A stretch of DNA of 64,000 bases from Promethearchaeati archaeon (GTDB lineage: Archaea; Asgardarchaeota; Heimdallarchaeia; Heimdallarchaeales; Heimdallarchaeaceae): positions 32,001 through 96,000 of the forward strand of contig JABLTJ010000008.1 of the NCBI GenBank assembly GCA_013166775.1, written 5' to 3'. Position 1 is the first letter of the stretch, and each line of letters starts with the position of its first letter. Positions 29,720 to 40,800 of this stretch are shown piece after piece. A program made the position numbers and the translations under genes. The notes below the pieces were generated by a model. It made no database searches, was not told where the DNA came from, and saw nothing but the letters and a program-made list of their open reading frames with translations.

Positions 29720-30317
29720 TCCTCACTATCTCTTTAACGGAAATCACTTCGTATTCTTCGAGGGTCTCAGTAGTCATTCTAAGTTCTTCAGTATTCTCCA
29801 ATTTATGATTGAAAATAGTTATTGAGTATGATCCTTCTGGTAAATCGTTAAGAATAAAATTCCTTACTTGAGTATTGTTTTCAAAGAGCACGTTTGGAGA
29901 AGTTACTGTAGTAGTGAAATCCCCGAAAATATCCTTTTTACCAATTTCAACTATCTCTTTGTCTGTTCTAGTTTCAGTTCTTCTTTCATAGATAGTTCTA
30001 ACAGTATCTAGATGAAAGCTATGAAGATCCTTCTTGATGGATTTTTCATAAGTTTCTTTTGCCTTGCTTAAATCTACTAAAAGTAGATATCTGCTTATCA
30101 ATTTGCTATAAGCATATGCAAGATAATCTTCTTCCTCGAATTTTTCCATTGTATCCTCAAAAAAGTGCCACAAAATAACTGATTCTAGCAATTGATCCTT
30201 TTTTTCAAGTTCAATAGTTCTGGTTTCAAGAAACTTCACGAAATCCTCAACGGATTGTTTAGCTAAGATATCTTTGGCTTCACGGATAGTAACTTGGACT
30301 GTATCCTCAGTGCTCAC
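29712..30317 (-). CDS. Hypothetical protein (helical N-terminal half)
   Basis: 201-aa ORF overlapping the next gene by 8 nt. Confidence 0.7.
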   Translation of the reverse strand: MSTEDTVQVTIREAKDILAKQSVEDFVKFLETRTIELEKKDQLLESVILWHFFEDTMEKFEEEDYLAYAYSKLISRYLLLVDLSKAKETYEKSIKKDLHSFHLDTVRTIYERRTETRTDKEIVEIGKKDIFGDFTTTVTSPNVLFENNTQVRNFILNDLPEGSYSITIFNHKLENTEELRMTTETLEEYEVISVKEIVRIE

Positions 30318-30527
30318 TTTAAATCACATTCCACAACTTTACTTACAATTAATTATGTTTGAAACTTATTATTATAATGTTTTGTTCGTTTTCGCATTTA
30401 ATGTTTTTCTGTGTTTCAATAAGAAACTGAAGATGATTATAGTTGTTGGATTTTCATTCAAATAAAGAGTTTTAAGAAAATGACAAAGGAGATAAAGTTA
30501 AAAAAACCCTAATTTTGATATGTTAAT

Positions 30528-31544
30528 ATGATTGAAAAAGATAGAGCAGAATTTTGTGCTTTCCATTATACAAATGAAACAGACGGGAAGTGCACCTTAT
30601 GTGGTCTTACACTGTGTAATTTAGATCAGCAATATAATATTGCAGCTGAAAGAATCTGCCAGCTTTGTTATAATATTTCCAGAGCCAGAAAACTAATAAA
30701 ATATTTCCAATTCGGTCTTTGGGGTATTGCAATAGCGATTTTTATTATAATTTGGCAAGTTACTGATGAATTAAATCTCTTTGCTCTAATCCCACTACTT
30801 CTAGTACTAGTGTTCCCCTATCTTATGAGACCATTAATCATGAAACTTTACTTTAGAGAATTATCGCCCAAAGAATCTGTGTTACCTATCATACGATATT
30901 TTGAAGCATCAGGGAATCAAGATCATTACAAGATATTCATGAAAATCCTGAGTAAGCTTCCAGAAGAAGAAAAGAGTGAAATTAAAACCAAGTTATTTGA
31001 TTACTTAGTACCAGCTTTAGCATTCAATTATGCAAAGCTTCCAGAAGAATGGGATACTGAATTGGTTGAAAAACTAAAAATGTCAAAGGATGAATTTGTG
31101 GGGATTCTTCTTAGTGAATACAGAAAAACTCTGATACAAACTGCTGTTCATAATCCACAAGAAAATTTTTCAAAATTCCTCATCTATCTAAGTGAAAAGG
31201 CTCAAGATAAAGATTTACTCAAAGAATATATCAATGAAATAACATCTAAAGATGTAATCTCTTCAACAGATGAAGAGCTAAATACTATTTACAACAAACT
31301 TCTTGAGGAATTATACCTGTATGAAGAAAAATTCAATGAAATCTGTGACGAACTCAAACTTACAAAACAGAAAGATCTGATTGCTCAATTACTAGAACGT
31401 TATGAACCTCCTCCTGTTCCAAAGAATCAGATTGAAGCAGTTTTAACTATTGACCAGCTAAAGGAAAAGCGAAGAAAGGAAAACGAGCAACCACAAGTTG
31501 TTATCTCTAATCCAAACGATGAACAACAGATTGTGATAGAATAA
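30528..31544 (+). CDS. Membrane protein with N-terminal B-box-like zinc finger, two TM helices and a helical C-domain
   Basis: C-x2-H-x8-C-x2-C-x4-C-x2-D...C-x2-C, followed by two hydrophobic segments. Confidence 0.65.
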   Translation: MIEKDRAEFCAFHYTNETDGKCTLCGLTLCNLDQQYNIAAERICQLCYNISRARKLIKYFQFGLWGIAIAIFIIIWQVTDELNLFALIPLLLVLVFPYLMRPLIMKLYFRELSPKESVLPIIRYFEASGNQDHYKIFMKILSKLPEEEKSEIKTKLFDYLVPALAFNYAKLPEEWDTELVEKLKMSKDEFVGILLSEYRKTLIQTAVHNPQENFSKFLIYLSEKAQDKDLLKEYINEITSKDVISSTDEELNTIYNKLLEELYLYEEKFNEICDELKLTKQKDLIAQLLERYEPPPVPKNQIEAVLTIDQLKEKRRKENEQPQVVISNPNDEQQIVIE

Positions 31545-31618
31545 GAATAATATTCTTCCCCTATTTTTAATTTTTGTCAGCAATAAGAACTAATAAAACA
31601 CACATTTGTTTTATAAGC

Positions 31619-31759
31619 TGAGAATAGTGGACATGAAGAATAATAACAACCACTGAGTTTGTGATTTACCTAGCTCACTCTGATTACACTATTCTCATTT
31701 TCATCGAAACTCTTAATAGCAATTTTTTTTCTCAATTAGATGAAAGGTTCAGTGGTCGC
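31619..31759. ncRNA. Candidate structured RNA or leader with interlocking helices upstream of the GT2 operon
   Basis: TGAGAATAGTG 31619-29 pairs with CACTATTCTCA 31687-97; ACCACTGA 31649-56 with TCAGTGGT 31749-56; TTTCATC 31699-705 with GATGAAA 31739-45. Confidence 0.35.
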
Positions 31760-31764
31760 TTTTA

Positions 31765-33402
31765 ATGGATGAAAAGAACTCCCAAAAACAGCATAAGTCT
31801 AGATTTTGGAGAATAACAGGCACATCACTTTATTTCTTCACACTAGTTGTCTTAGTTGTTGGTTTAATTTACCTCATATGGTCTTCGAGATTAATCATAA
31901 TGGAGAGAAGACTTTTTCCAAATGATTTTTCAATTGGTGCAGTCATACTGAACTTCTTATCACTACTTGTTGAGGTTATAGGAATTCTCTACACTGTTAT
32001 GCTCTTCAAACATATAGGAACAACAAGTTACCACTCTCCCATTGATGTTAACCAAAAGAGTATTACTATCGAAGAATATCCTCAAGTAAGTGTATTAATT
32101 CCTATTCATGAAGCCATCCCTAGTATTTTGGAATTAACTCTAAAATCAGTAATAAATTCCAATTATCCAAGAGAAAAAATAGAGATTATATTAGGCGATG
32201 ATACGAACGAAAATTATGACAAACTTCCTCAAATCAGAGAATTAGCATCAAGATATGATTCTTCTTACATACATGATATCTCCAACTTGAATTTTAAGGC
32301 GGGAATGCTAAACATTATGTTAAAAGAGATTAAATCAGAATTCATAGTTTTCCTTGATTATGATCATAAAATGTCCAAGAACTTTCTAAAACAATCTATT
32401 AGTATTTTAGTTGAAGATGATAAATTAGCATTTGCTCAATCTAAAGTGAATTTTTACAATATTCAATCAAAACTCCAAATATGGGAATCAGTAATGTATG
32501 CGCAGTTTTTCGAAATTTTCCAGCGTTCAAAGAATCAAAGACAAACAGTACTCTTTAATGGTTCAACTGCCTGTTTTCGTAAAAAAATCTTGGACGAAAT
32601 TGGAGGAGTACCTATCAACACGTTTACTGAAGACATAGATCTTTCGATACAAATATTGTCTAAAGGCTATTCATCTAGATTAATAGATGATTATGGAAGT
32701 TTAGGATTAATTCCCGCTAACTTTTCTTTATTGCTATCCCAAATATTACGCTGGGCAAAAGGTAGTATGCATACGCTGAAGAAAAGATGGAGAAAAATAC
32801 TTTTTTCCAAATTATCATTTTATGATAAAGTGGATCTTTTCTTTAGTACCTCTCTCTTCTTCATAGCGTCCTCTATGTATTTGACGATTTTATTCTACGT
32901 AATTATGTTTTTCACAGGGAACAAAGCGGTAAGATTACCTATACAGGATTTTCTCCCTTTAATCATAATGCCTATATCCTTCGTTATTGCCTATCAGATT
33001 TCTGGTTTAATTGCAATAATTTTTGCAAGAAAAAATGGCTTAACCCACATGAAAATTTATGATTTAGTATTATTCTCAATTATTGCTTTAGCCCTAAATC
33101 CATTTACAGTATATGCCGTTTTAAAGACTGTTTTTAGAGTTAGACCACCAGAAAAAGGAAGAGATACTTGGAATGAAAAAATTCCAATTATTCCATTTTC
33201 ATTACTCTTTACATTATTGGGAGTTGGAATACTGATTATTGCATTCTTTGATTTCTTTGGAGGAACTAAAACACTATGGTTAGTCCTGTTTTTACTAGGG
33301 TCATCGTTAATAGCAACTTTTCCTGTCTCCCTTTATTACCACCTTACAACTCGCCATAACAAACCTTATTTTTACCAACATTTATCACAAGATATTGAGT
33401 AG
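31765..33402 (+). CDS. Processive GT2 glycosyltransferase, cellulose-synthase-like (copy 1)
   Basis: GDD, FKAG, DYD, FNGS, TED, QILRW; N- and C-terminal TM helices; no PilZ domain. Confidence 0.88.
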   Translation: MDEKNSQKQHKSRFWRITGTSLYFFTLVVLVVGLIYLIWSSRLIIMERRLFPNDFSIGAVILNFLSLLVEVIGILYTVMLFKHIGTTSYHSPIDVNQKSITIEEYPQVSVLIPIHEAIPSILELTLKSVINSNYPREKIEIILGDDTNENYDKLPQIRELASRYDSSYIHDISNLNFKAGMLNIMLKEIKSEFIVFLDYDHKMSKNFLKQSISILVEDDKLAFAQSKVNFYNIQSKLQIWESVMYAQFFEIFQRSKNQRQTVLFNGSTACFRKKILDEIGGVPINTFTEDIDLSIQILSKGYSSRLIDDYGSLGLIPANFSLLLSQILRWAKGSMHTLKKRWRKILFSKLSFYDKVDLFFSTSLFFIASSMYLTILFYVIMFFTGNKAVRLPIQDFLPLIIMPISFVIAYQISGLIAIIFARKNGLTHMKIYDLVLFSIIALALNPFTVYAVLKTVFRVRPPEKGRDTWNEKIPIIPFSLLFTLLGVGILIIAFFDFFGGTKTLWLVLFLLGSSLIATFPVSLYYHLTTRHNKPYFYQHLSQDIE

Positions 33403-33408
33403 ATCTGT

Positions 33409-35058
33409 ATGAAATGGAAAAAAGTACTTTGGTATAGTTTAACCATTTTGTTACTTGGTTTTCTAACATACTACATTATTTTCAGTACTGTTCACATAAT
33501 TAGAGAATTTTCCAGAACAGATGCTATCTGGAAACAGGTTATTACTCTTATTTGTAATTTTATCATTCTCTTAGCAGAACTTTTTTCCGCCTTTTATTCA
33601 GTCTTTATTTATTATTTTATTGGTTCTTCTTCCAATTATAAAATAATAAAAGATGAAAAGAATTCTTTTCTTACTCAAGACCCTCTTCCAAAAGTTGTTG
33701 TTGCAATCCCATTGTATAAAGAACCTTTAGCAGTTGTATCAGAAACTATCAAGGGAGCATTACAGATTGATTACCCAAAGGATAGGTTTGAGGTAATAAT
33801 TTTGGATGATAGTCCTCCTGACCATTCAACAGATATTGAATTCTTCTGCAAAGAAAATGGTGTGGGTTTTGTACAAAGAAAATCAAGAAAAGGTTTCAAA
33901 GCAGGTGCAATCAACAATCTTCTGAAACAGATTGAATGCGACTTTTTCAGTGTTCTTGATTCTGATCACATTCCTACTCCTAATTTCATAAAAACATGCT
34001 TATCTGGCTTTGTTTCTGATGATATAGTGCTAGTACAGGGAAAACCAATGTTTGTCAACCAAGATGATTATTTGATGAGAAGCAGTGCATATATTCATAC
34101 TCAATTCTTCCATATCTACCAAAAAAGTAGGGGAACTAGAGGTGGGGTGATTTTTGCAGGAACAACTGGTATGTTTCGTGCTGATTTATTAAAGCAATTT
34201 GGAGGTTTTCTTGAAGACACTTTGGCTGAAGACACAGATACATCTTTTGCTCTAATGTCAGAAGGATACAAGACAAACTACATTCATGAAATTTGTTCTA
34301 AGGGTTTAGTACCTTGGAATCCGATCAGTATGATTAATCAAGTTTGGAGGTGGACTAACGGAATTACCTCGATTTTTCGAAAGAGACTCCTTAGAATTCT
34401 TAGAGGAAAAAATTCATTCATTAATAAATTAGACATTATGAGCACAATTTCCACCCCCATAATAGGTGTATCAATATGGTTTGTTAACCTATTGCTCTAT
34501 ATAATGTATAAGACAGGAATAGAATTTCTTAGACCCGATTTAGCTCAAACTATACCTCTCTTATTGCTTGCTCCTATTCTAATTTCATTTGCAAGTTTGA
34601 TTATGGCATTAGTGTCCTGGCGAAGAGAAGAAAAAGAAGATCGGATGATACGACTTCGAGGTTTCTTTGGAATGATATGGACAATATTAGCATTTTATTT
34701 ACTAATGCTTACAGCTCAATCATTCCTTGTTTGGGCAGTTTTGAGTGCTTTATTTGGAGTTAAGAAGGATTTTGATAGAACAGTGAAAGAAAAGACCATT
34801 ACCATGGGGAAGATGAGTCAGAAACTTAAATATACTATTTGGTCTTTAGGATTGTTAGGATTGTCAATATTATACTACATTGCAAGCTGGGAAACATTCA
34901 AAGCTGGAAATGCTCTCTTTGGATGGTTTATTATAGCTGCAATTTCAATAACTATACCAATAATTATAACCATTACACAGTTTAGAAAATTAGAAATAAT
35001 GAAAATATTTGCAGCGACAAAAACTGCTGCTGATGTTGAAAAAGAATACGGGGAATAG
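33409..35058 (+). CDS. Processive GT2 glycosyltransferase, cellulose-synthase-like (copy 2)
   Basis: LDD, GFKAG..N, DSD, FAGT, AED, QVWRW; TM helices. Confidence 0.88.
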   Translation: MKWKKVLWYSLTILLLGFLTYYIIFSTVHIIREFSRTDAIWKQVITLICNFIILLAELFSAFYSVFIYYFIGSSSNYKIIKDEKNSFLTQDPLPKVVVAIPLYKEPLAVVSETIKGALQIDYPKDRFEVIILDDSPPDHSTDIEFFCKENGVGFVQRKSRKGFKAGAINNLLKQIECDFFSVLDSDHIPTPNFIKTCLSGFVSDDIVLVQGKPMFVNQDDYLMRSSAYIHTQFFHIYQKSRGTRGGVIFAGTTGMFRADLLKQFGGFLEDTLAEDTDTSFALMSEGYKTNYIHEICSKGLVPWNPISMINQVWRWTNGITSIFRKRLLRILRGKNSFINKLDIMSTISTPIIGVSIWFVNLLLYIMYKTGIEFLRPDLAQTIPLLLLAPILISFASLIMALVSWRREEKEDRMIRLRGFFGMIWTILAFYLLMLTAQSFLVWAVLSALFGVKKDFDRTVKEKTITMGKMSQKLKYTIWSLGLLGLSILYYIASWETFKAGNALFGWFIIAAISITIPIIITITQFRKLEIMKIFAATKTAADVEKEYGE

Positions 35059-35061
35059 AAA

Positions 35062-37836
35062 ATGGAAATAATTGATACAAGAATCATTCTTCCGATAATT
35101 TCAATTCTAGCTGTTGGTTTCTTGGAGGTCGATATAATCAAAAAATGGTTATTGAAAATCAAAACCTCGAATACATTCCTCGAATATCTTCTCGAATCAT
35201 TAGTTATGGGAACGCTTTCATTAGTCATTCCAATGCTAGCTCTTGGGATTTTAGCTGATCGCATTAATAGTAGTAAGTTACTAGAACGATTTGTTTACGT
35301 CTATTTTGCAATAGGATTATCCTATATGGTTTTCAAAATATATATTTGGATAAGGAGAAAATTACCAAAATTTGTTCTAAGTGAAAAAGAGAAAATCCCA
35401 AGAACAGTTGAAACTTTATTGATAATCATAGCATTATTAATGTTATTCTTCTATACTTTGCAAGGGTTAGTTTATCCTTTACGAGGTTGGGATTTTTTGC
35501 ATTTCTACCTACCAAATTCATTTAGACTATATTTAACTGGACAATTAGGAGAGATTAATGAATTAAACTTCTATCCCCAGTTTAAGCCACCCCTAAATGT
35601 TTTATTATATGCATACGTTTTCTTTGTTACTCAATCAGAAATGTTACATTTGATTCCAATTATGTATCTTGCAGGTACAGTTTACCTTTGTTATAAGATT
35701 GCAAGATTTGAAGGAATATCAAAACGTAACTCACTTATCGCTTCTATTGCATTCTTGGCGACACCATTTGTTTTTTTCCTAGTGTATGAATTTCAGTACT
35801 ATCAAGAAACGTATGTGATGTTTTTTACGACTGCTGCTTTTTACTTCTTCAGAAGGTTTTTCAAAGAAAGCAAAACGAAGAATAAATTCTACTTTGCAAT
35901 TTTAGTCTCACTATCTCTTTCTGGATGCATTCTTAGTAAAGTTAGTGGTTTCATTATTCCTATTGTTTTATTTGTAGCAATGCCATCTGACAAAATAGGA
36001 AAAGTATTTCGAATTCTAATTGTTGCTGGCATCTCTTTTCAGTTAGTACGCAAATCTATTTTCGAGATATATCTAGGCACTAGCATACTAATTTCGTTGC
36101 TTGCCATTTATTGTATATTTTTAGTAATTAAAAGTAAAACTTTATCTTTCTCTTACAAACGATGGAGTTTTATTCTAGGCATATATCTCCTCCCTCTTAC
36201 CATTGGAATCTTATGGGGGGTATACATACTCACAATTCCAGGAGTTCAAGATTACTTATTTGATCTCTATGTAAATCTACAATACAATCAAGTAAGATTT
36301 CAATGGCCTGGTATTGCTATACCTGAAGCTTCAACTTATCTAGAAAATGCCCATACTGCAACATTCGTTTCATCATCATTTTCTATACTGTTTGCGTCAA
36401 TGTTTGCGGGGACATGGGCTTTATTTAAGATTGTAGGTTTCATTAAATCTCATGGAAAATACAATGAACTTCTTTTATGGTTAGTTTTCTTCTTTGTTAT
36501 TTGGCAAGGTTTTTTCGCTAAAGGTTCAATAAGATATATGTCTCCAATAATTGTTCCCTTATCCATAGTTTTTGTTATAGGATTAACTTCAGTTGTTGAA
36601 TTCTTTAATAAAAGGGATGGTAAAGACAGAGATGGCTTTTTAGCTATTATTTTTATTATCGCAAGTGCTTATCTTTCTCTTTATCCGATAATGCCTTTTG
36701 AAATAGTAAAAGAGAATTTTCATCTTCGATGGTATTATGCTCATTATAAGATAGGTTCACTTATCGGATATGTTCTACTATTTAGTTTGTTTACTATCTT
36801 TCTGATATGGCAAGAAAAAAGGTTGAAAATAAGCTTTTCAATGATATATTCGAAGAAGTTTAATTTTAGGAAAATACTTTCTGGTTTTCTTATATTCATA
36901 CTCTTCTTTGTTCCTTTTGGTGCTCAGGCTGCTCTTCTTATTTATGTAAACTTTGATCTCAATGCATTTCAGAGTGAGTATTGCCACTATACTAGAACAG
37001 AATACATGGAATTAATTGATGCCATTAATAGATTAGGATTTACTGATGATCAAGTAGTTTTTTCGCTCAATACACCAGGTTTAGAATATTATGCATCACA
37101 ACCTGTGATTGATATGTTCATGCTGAGTATAATTAAAGAAGCCGGACTCGGTAATACGACGTTTCCATTGAGCATAAGAAATGTCACGAAAATGTTGGGA
37201 TTCTTTGAAACTTATAACGTCGCAATATTTGTTACTCTAAATACGACACATGATTGGTATCCAGCTTTCCTAGTTCAATACTACTGGCAATATTTCATAT
37301 ACCGTTTCTTATACAACAATCTCTATTTCAATTTAAGATTCTCAAATTCGGAATTTATGATGTTTACTATAAACTCATATGATCCATATATTGGACCAGT
37401 TGATATTCAAATCGTAGGAGGAACTGATAAAGAAAGTCTCCTGGCTCCGAATCCTAACCCTGTTCATGTAAATGCTAATACTTCCACAATTGATGCTTTA
37501 TTCGATTTAACTTCAGTACCAAGTACAAAACCTGTGAACGTTAGTATCGAAACTGGATACTCAACTTCCTCTAATAGCACTCCTAGAACTCAAACCAGTT
37601 TTTACAGTAATGCAAAACCAACTGAAGAAGATTTTACTATAATTCATCTATTTAGTTTACCAGCAGAGACTGTTATGTTAATGTACATTGATATCTCTAT
37701 AATCTATGAAGATTATGAAGGAGTTGTTGAAGAAGTGAATTATCTCCTAGCTCCAATGTTTGGGAGTTCGGTGAATATTACACGACAAGCTAATTCTTGG
37801 AATTATACCGGATATTATGGTTTCACCTTTCATTAA
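35062..37836 (+). CDS. Polytopic GT-C fold (PMT/ArnT-like) glycosyltransferase with extracellular C-terminal domain
   Basis: GWDFLHFYLP..KPPL first-loop motif, K.SG, RY..P; many TM helices; Asn-rich C-domain. Confidence 0.65.
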   Translation: MEIIDTRIILPIISILAVGFLEVDIIKKWLLKIKTSNTFLEYLLESLVMGTLSLVIPMLALGILADRINSSKLLERFVYVYFAIGLSYMVFKIYIWIRRKLPKFVLSEKEKIPRTVETLLIIIALLMLFFYTLQGLVYPLRGWDFLHFYLPNSFRLYLTGQLGEINELNFYPQFKPPLNVLLYAYVFFVTQSEMLHLIPIMYLAGTVYLCYKIARFEGISKRNSLIASIAFLATPFVFFLVYEFQYYQETYVMFFTTAAFYFFRRFFKESKTKNKFYFAILVSLSLSGCILSKVSGFIIPIVLFVAMPSDKIGKVFRILIVAGISFQLVRKSIFEIYLGTSILISLLAIYCIFLVIKSKTLSFSYKRWSFILGIYLLPLTIGILWGVYILTIPGVQDYLFDLYVNLQYNQVRFQWPGIAIPEASTYLENAHTATFVSSSFSILFASMFAGTWALFKIVGFIKSHGKYNELLLWLVFFFVIWQGFFAKGSIRYMSPIIVPLSIVFVIGLTSVVEFFNKRDGKDRDGFLAIIFIIASAYLSLYPIMPFEIVKENFHLRWYYAHYKIGSLIGYVLLFSLFTIFLIWQEKRLKISFSMIYSKKFNFRKILSGFLIFILFFVPFGAQAALLIYVNFDLNAFQSEYCHYTRTEYMELIDAINRLGFTDDQVVFSLNTPGLEYYASQPVIDMFMLSIIKEAGLGNTTFPLSIRNVTKMLGFFETYNVAIFVTLNTTHDWYPAFLVQYYWQYFIYRFLYNNLYFNLRFSNSEFMMFTINSYDPYIGPVDIQIVGGTDKESLLAPNPNPVHVNANTSTIDALFDLTSVPSTKPVNVSIETGYSTSSNSTPRTQTSFYSNAKPTEEDFTIIHLFSLPAETVMLMYIDISIIYEDYEGVVEEVNYLLAPMFGSSVNITRQANSWNYTGYYGFTFH

Positions 37837-37845
37837 AAACGATAC

Positions 37846-40800
37846 TTATCTTCTTGTATAAGTAATCTTCTTGATTTTCTTTGTTTTTCTTGCAATTAGA
37901 ATTGAGGATATTAGAGCAGTTAATAGAATCAAAGCCATGTTTAGCAAAAACAGACCACCACCACCTGAAGGTGAAAAAGTGTGACCAAAGAACACAGTTT
38001 GATTTACGTTAGCTAAAAGTTTTATAACCGCTGTTCCAATTCCATAACCAATTAACGATGCTATTAATGAAACAAAACCTATTCGAGAGAATATAGCCAT
38101 TATAGTATTAAGATTTGTCCCCCCTATCATCCTTACAATAGTAGTCTCACGTCTACTCTCTTTAAACACATTTTGTAGAATTGAATACATATTTACTATA
38201 ACTACCAGAAGGATCAGGATGACCTCTGCGTATGCTAGTGTGTAAGTAAATAATAATGATCCTTTAAGATAATAGTCCATATATTCCAATGACGCTGAAA
38301 TAATAAAAGCAAAACCTGCAATCGGTTTAAATGGTATCTTTAACCATTGTTCCTCAGTAACTGTTGGAAGTATAATTGTAATTGTCTCCTTTCCTGGTTC
38401 AAATGATCTCCTTAATTCGAGAATCTCCCCTGATTTTAGGGTAACAGTAACATTAACTAAGCTATAAGAAATCCAGAGTGACACACCTGAATAAAGACCA
38501 GTTGTAGTGTGAATCTCTCCATCTATTGTTGTATTGAAAATTAATGGAATGTTGTACACCAAAGATCCATTATCATATCTGAAATCAAAAAATACCTCTC
38601 TTTTCGGTGATATAATTTTTAAGTATACTTCTTGATTGTTGGAATAGATTTGAAATGGTATAGAATATATTTTGCTTTGTATTTTGTAATAGCAAATGTA
38701 ATCACCATTAAAGAACTGAGTGAAATATTGACCATTACTGTCTGTTACCAGTGTTCTTATTCTATTACCTGAAGTATCTCTGATTACTAAAGATACATGA
38801 TTCATTGGATAATTTGCATAAATATCTTGAACATTTATTGTTGCATTTAACCTACCAACTGAAATCTCTCTCGTTAATCCTTCAGAGGTTTTTAGTTCAT
38901 ACATATATTGTTTACTTTTGTAGTTGAAACTTACATTATATTTACCAGTGAAGATATCAAAAGAAATCACTCCTTCTTCGTTTGTAATCCCTTGCCAGAC
39001 AGTATCATTATAATAACTCTTTATTGAAATAGTAAGATCTTGAAGTGGAACAAATAAATCCCCGATTATCTCTTGGAGAGTTAGGTTAACATTAGCATAA
39101 GTTAACCCAGTTATAAATGAGTAACTAACCATCCGCTGATTGTAGTAAGAATCTGTAAGGGTGAATTTTAAGGTATGCTTTCCGTCTACACTATACTCCA
39201 AATAATAGAGTCTATCATAGACATAAACAGTATCTTCATTATCTAATTGAAAAAGAATTTCTGTTGCATCACTATCAAGATCAAGAAGAACTATAGATTC
39301 ACCTTCTCCTTTTTGAGGGGAATTTATTTTGATTTGTGGTAAAGTTGTATCAATTATCAACCATTGTTCATGTATATTTTCAATCATTCCAATTTGATAT
39401 GAAATTGCAAAGAAATTACCATCAGTTAGGTGTAAAGATGTTTCGCCGTCTATTGTTTCATTATAATCATAATATGGGAAGTATATACTAATATCTCCTG
39501 AATAACTTGAATTAACCGTAGTTGAGTATAGATATGATGAATTGAAACCATCAATTATTGTAAAACTCCATTTCCTTGCTCTGCTTTCAAATATATTTAC
39601 TGCATATTTGATAGTGAGATTGTAATCACCTGGAAATAGATAAATCCTCTTTGGTTGTTCCAAGAGCCCCTGCACAGTAATAGAACCTTCAATTAGATAT
39701 TCGATAGTAAAAACTGGTGTATTTGAGAAAACCTCAATATCAATAAATCCCTGGCTTATTATTCCATCAAGTTCATACAATAGATAAAAATCAATTGGCG
39801 TGCTACCCGTGAAATTCTCTGTGGTGAATTCATAATAGTATTTTACAATATTCCCAGCAAGATCACATGCTGTAATGTTTAAGCTATGAACACCATTTTC
39901 TACTGGTACTTTTATTTTATTTTTATAATCAAAAGAGTAAGGTAAACTGTCCCATGAATACTTTAACCAAGATAAAGTTTCATTACTATCATAGAATATA
40001 TTTTCTCCTGCCTCTAAGATCGTTTGATTCACATATGAAAGTGTAATATTGGGTGCAGAATTATCTATAGTCAAATCATATGATCTATTGTGCCATTGGG
40101 ATAGAACGTAAACTGAAAGGTATAAGGTATGATTACCTTCGTTTAAACTAGCTGTTGGTATGGTAAAACCAGGAGGAATTGAGGTATCTAATTGAGTGTC
40201 CCAACGGTATTGTGCAATTGTCGCTGCAAATTCATACCAAACATGCAGTTCTTCTCCTCCCATAATTTGATAATGAATTGGTAATCCAATAAGTCCAATC
40301 TTCTGCGGACTGTTTTCTATAATAAAGAAAAATATCCATTCTTTACTTTCAGTTCCAGTTGCTGCTTTTACTATCAATTTATGAATACCAATCTCTGATG
40401 GACTTTTGATTTCATAACCTGTAAGTATATTCCATGCTTCATTATTCCATTTGTAAATTGCAGTTTGACAAACACAAAGTGATGTATTTAGAAATAGTGT
40501 TGTTGAAGGTGGTAAATGAGTACCATTAACAGCATTTGAAAATATTAGATTTTCAGGAAGACTATGAGATACTGAAAAGAATACTGTCGTTTCTCCATAA
40601 TTCTTACTCCTATCTTCGCTTCCTGGATAATCTTTATTGAATACAATAACTGTGATGGAATGGACTCCCTCATCAAAAGGGACTAAGATTCCTGGAGGAG
40701 CAATCTCTCCTTCTTCAGCTATATAATATTCTCTCAGATCTCCAAAGTTTCCATCTGCATAGTAGTAAATAGAATATCCTCTCGTTGCAGAGATAGAAAC

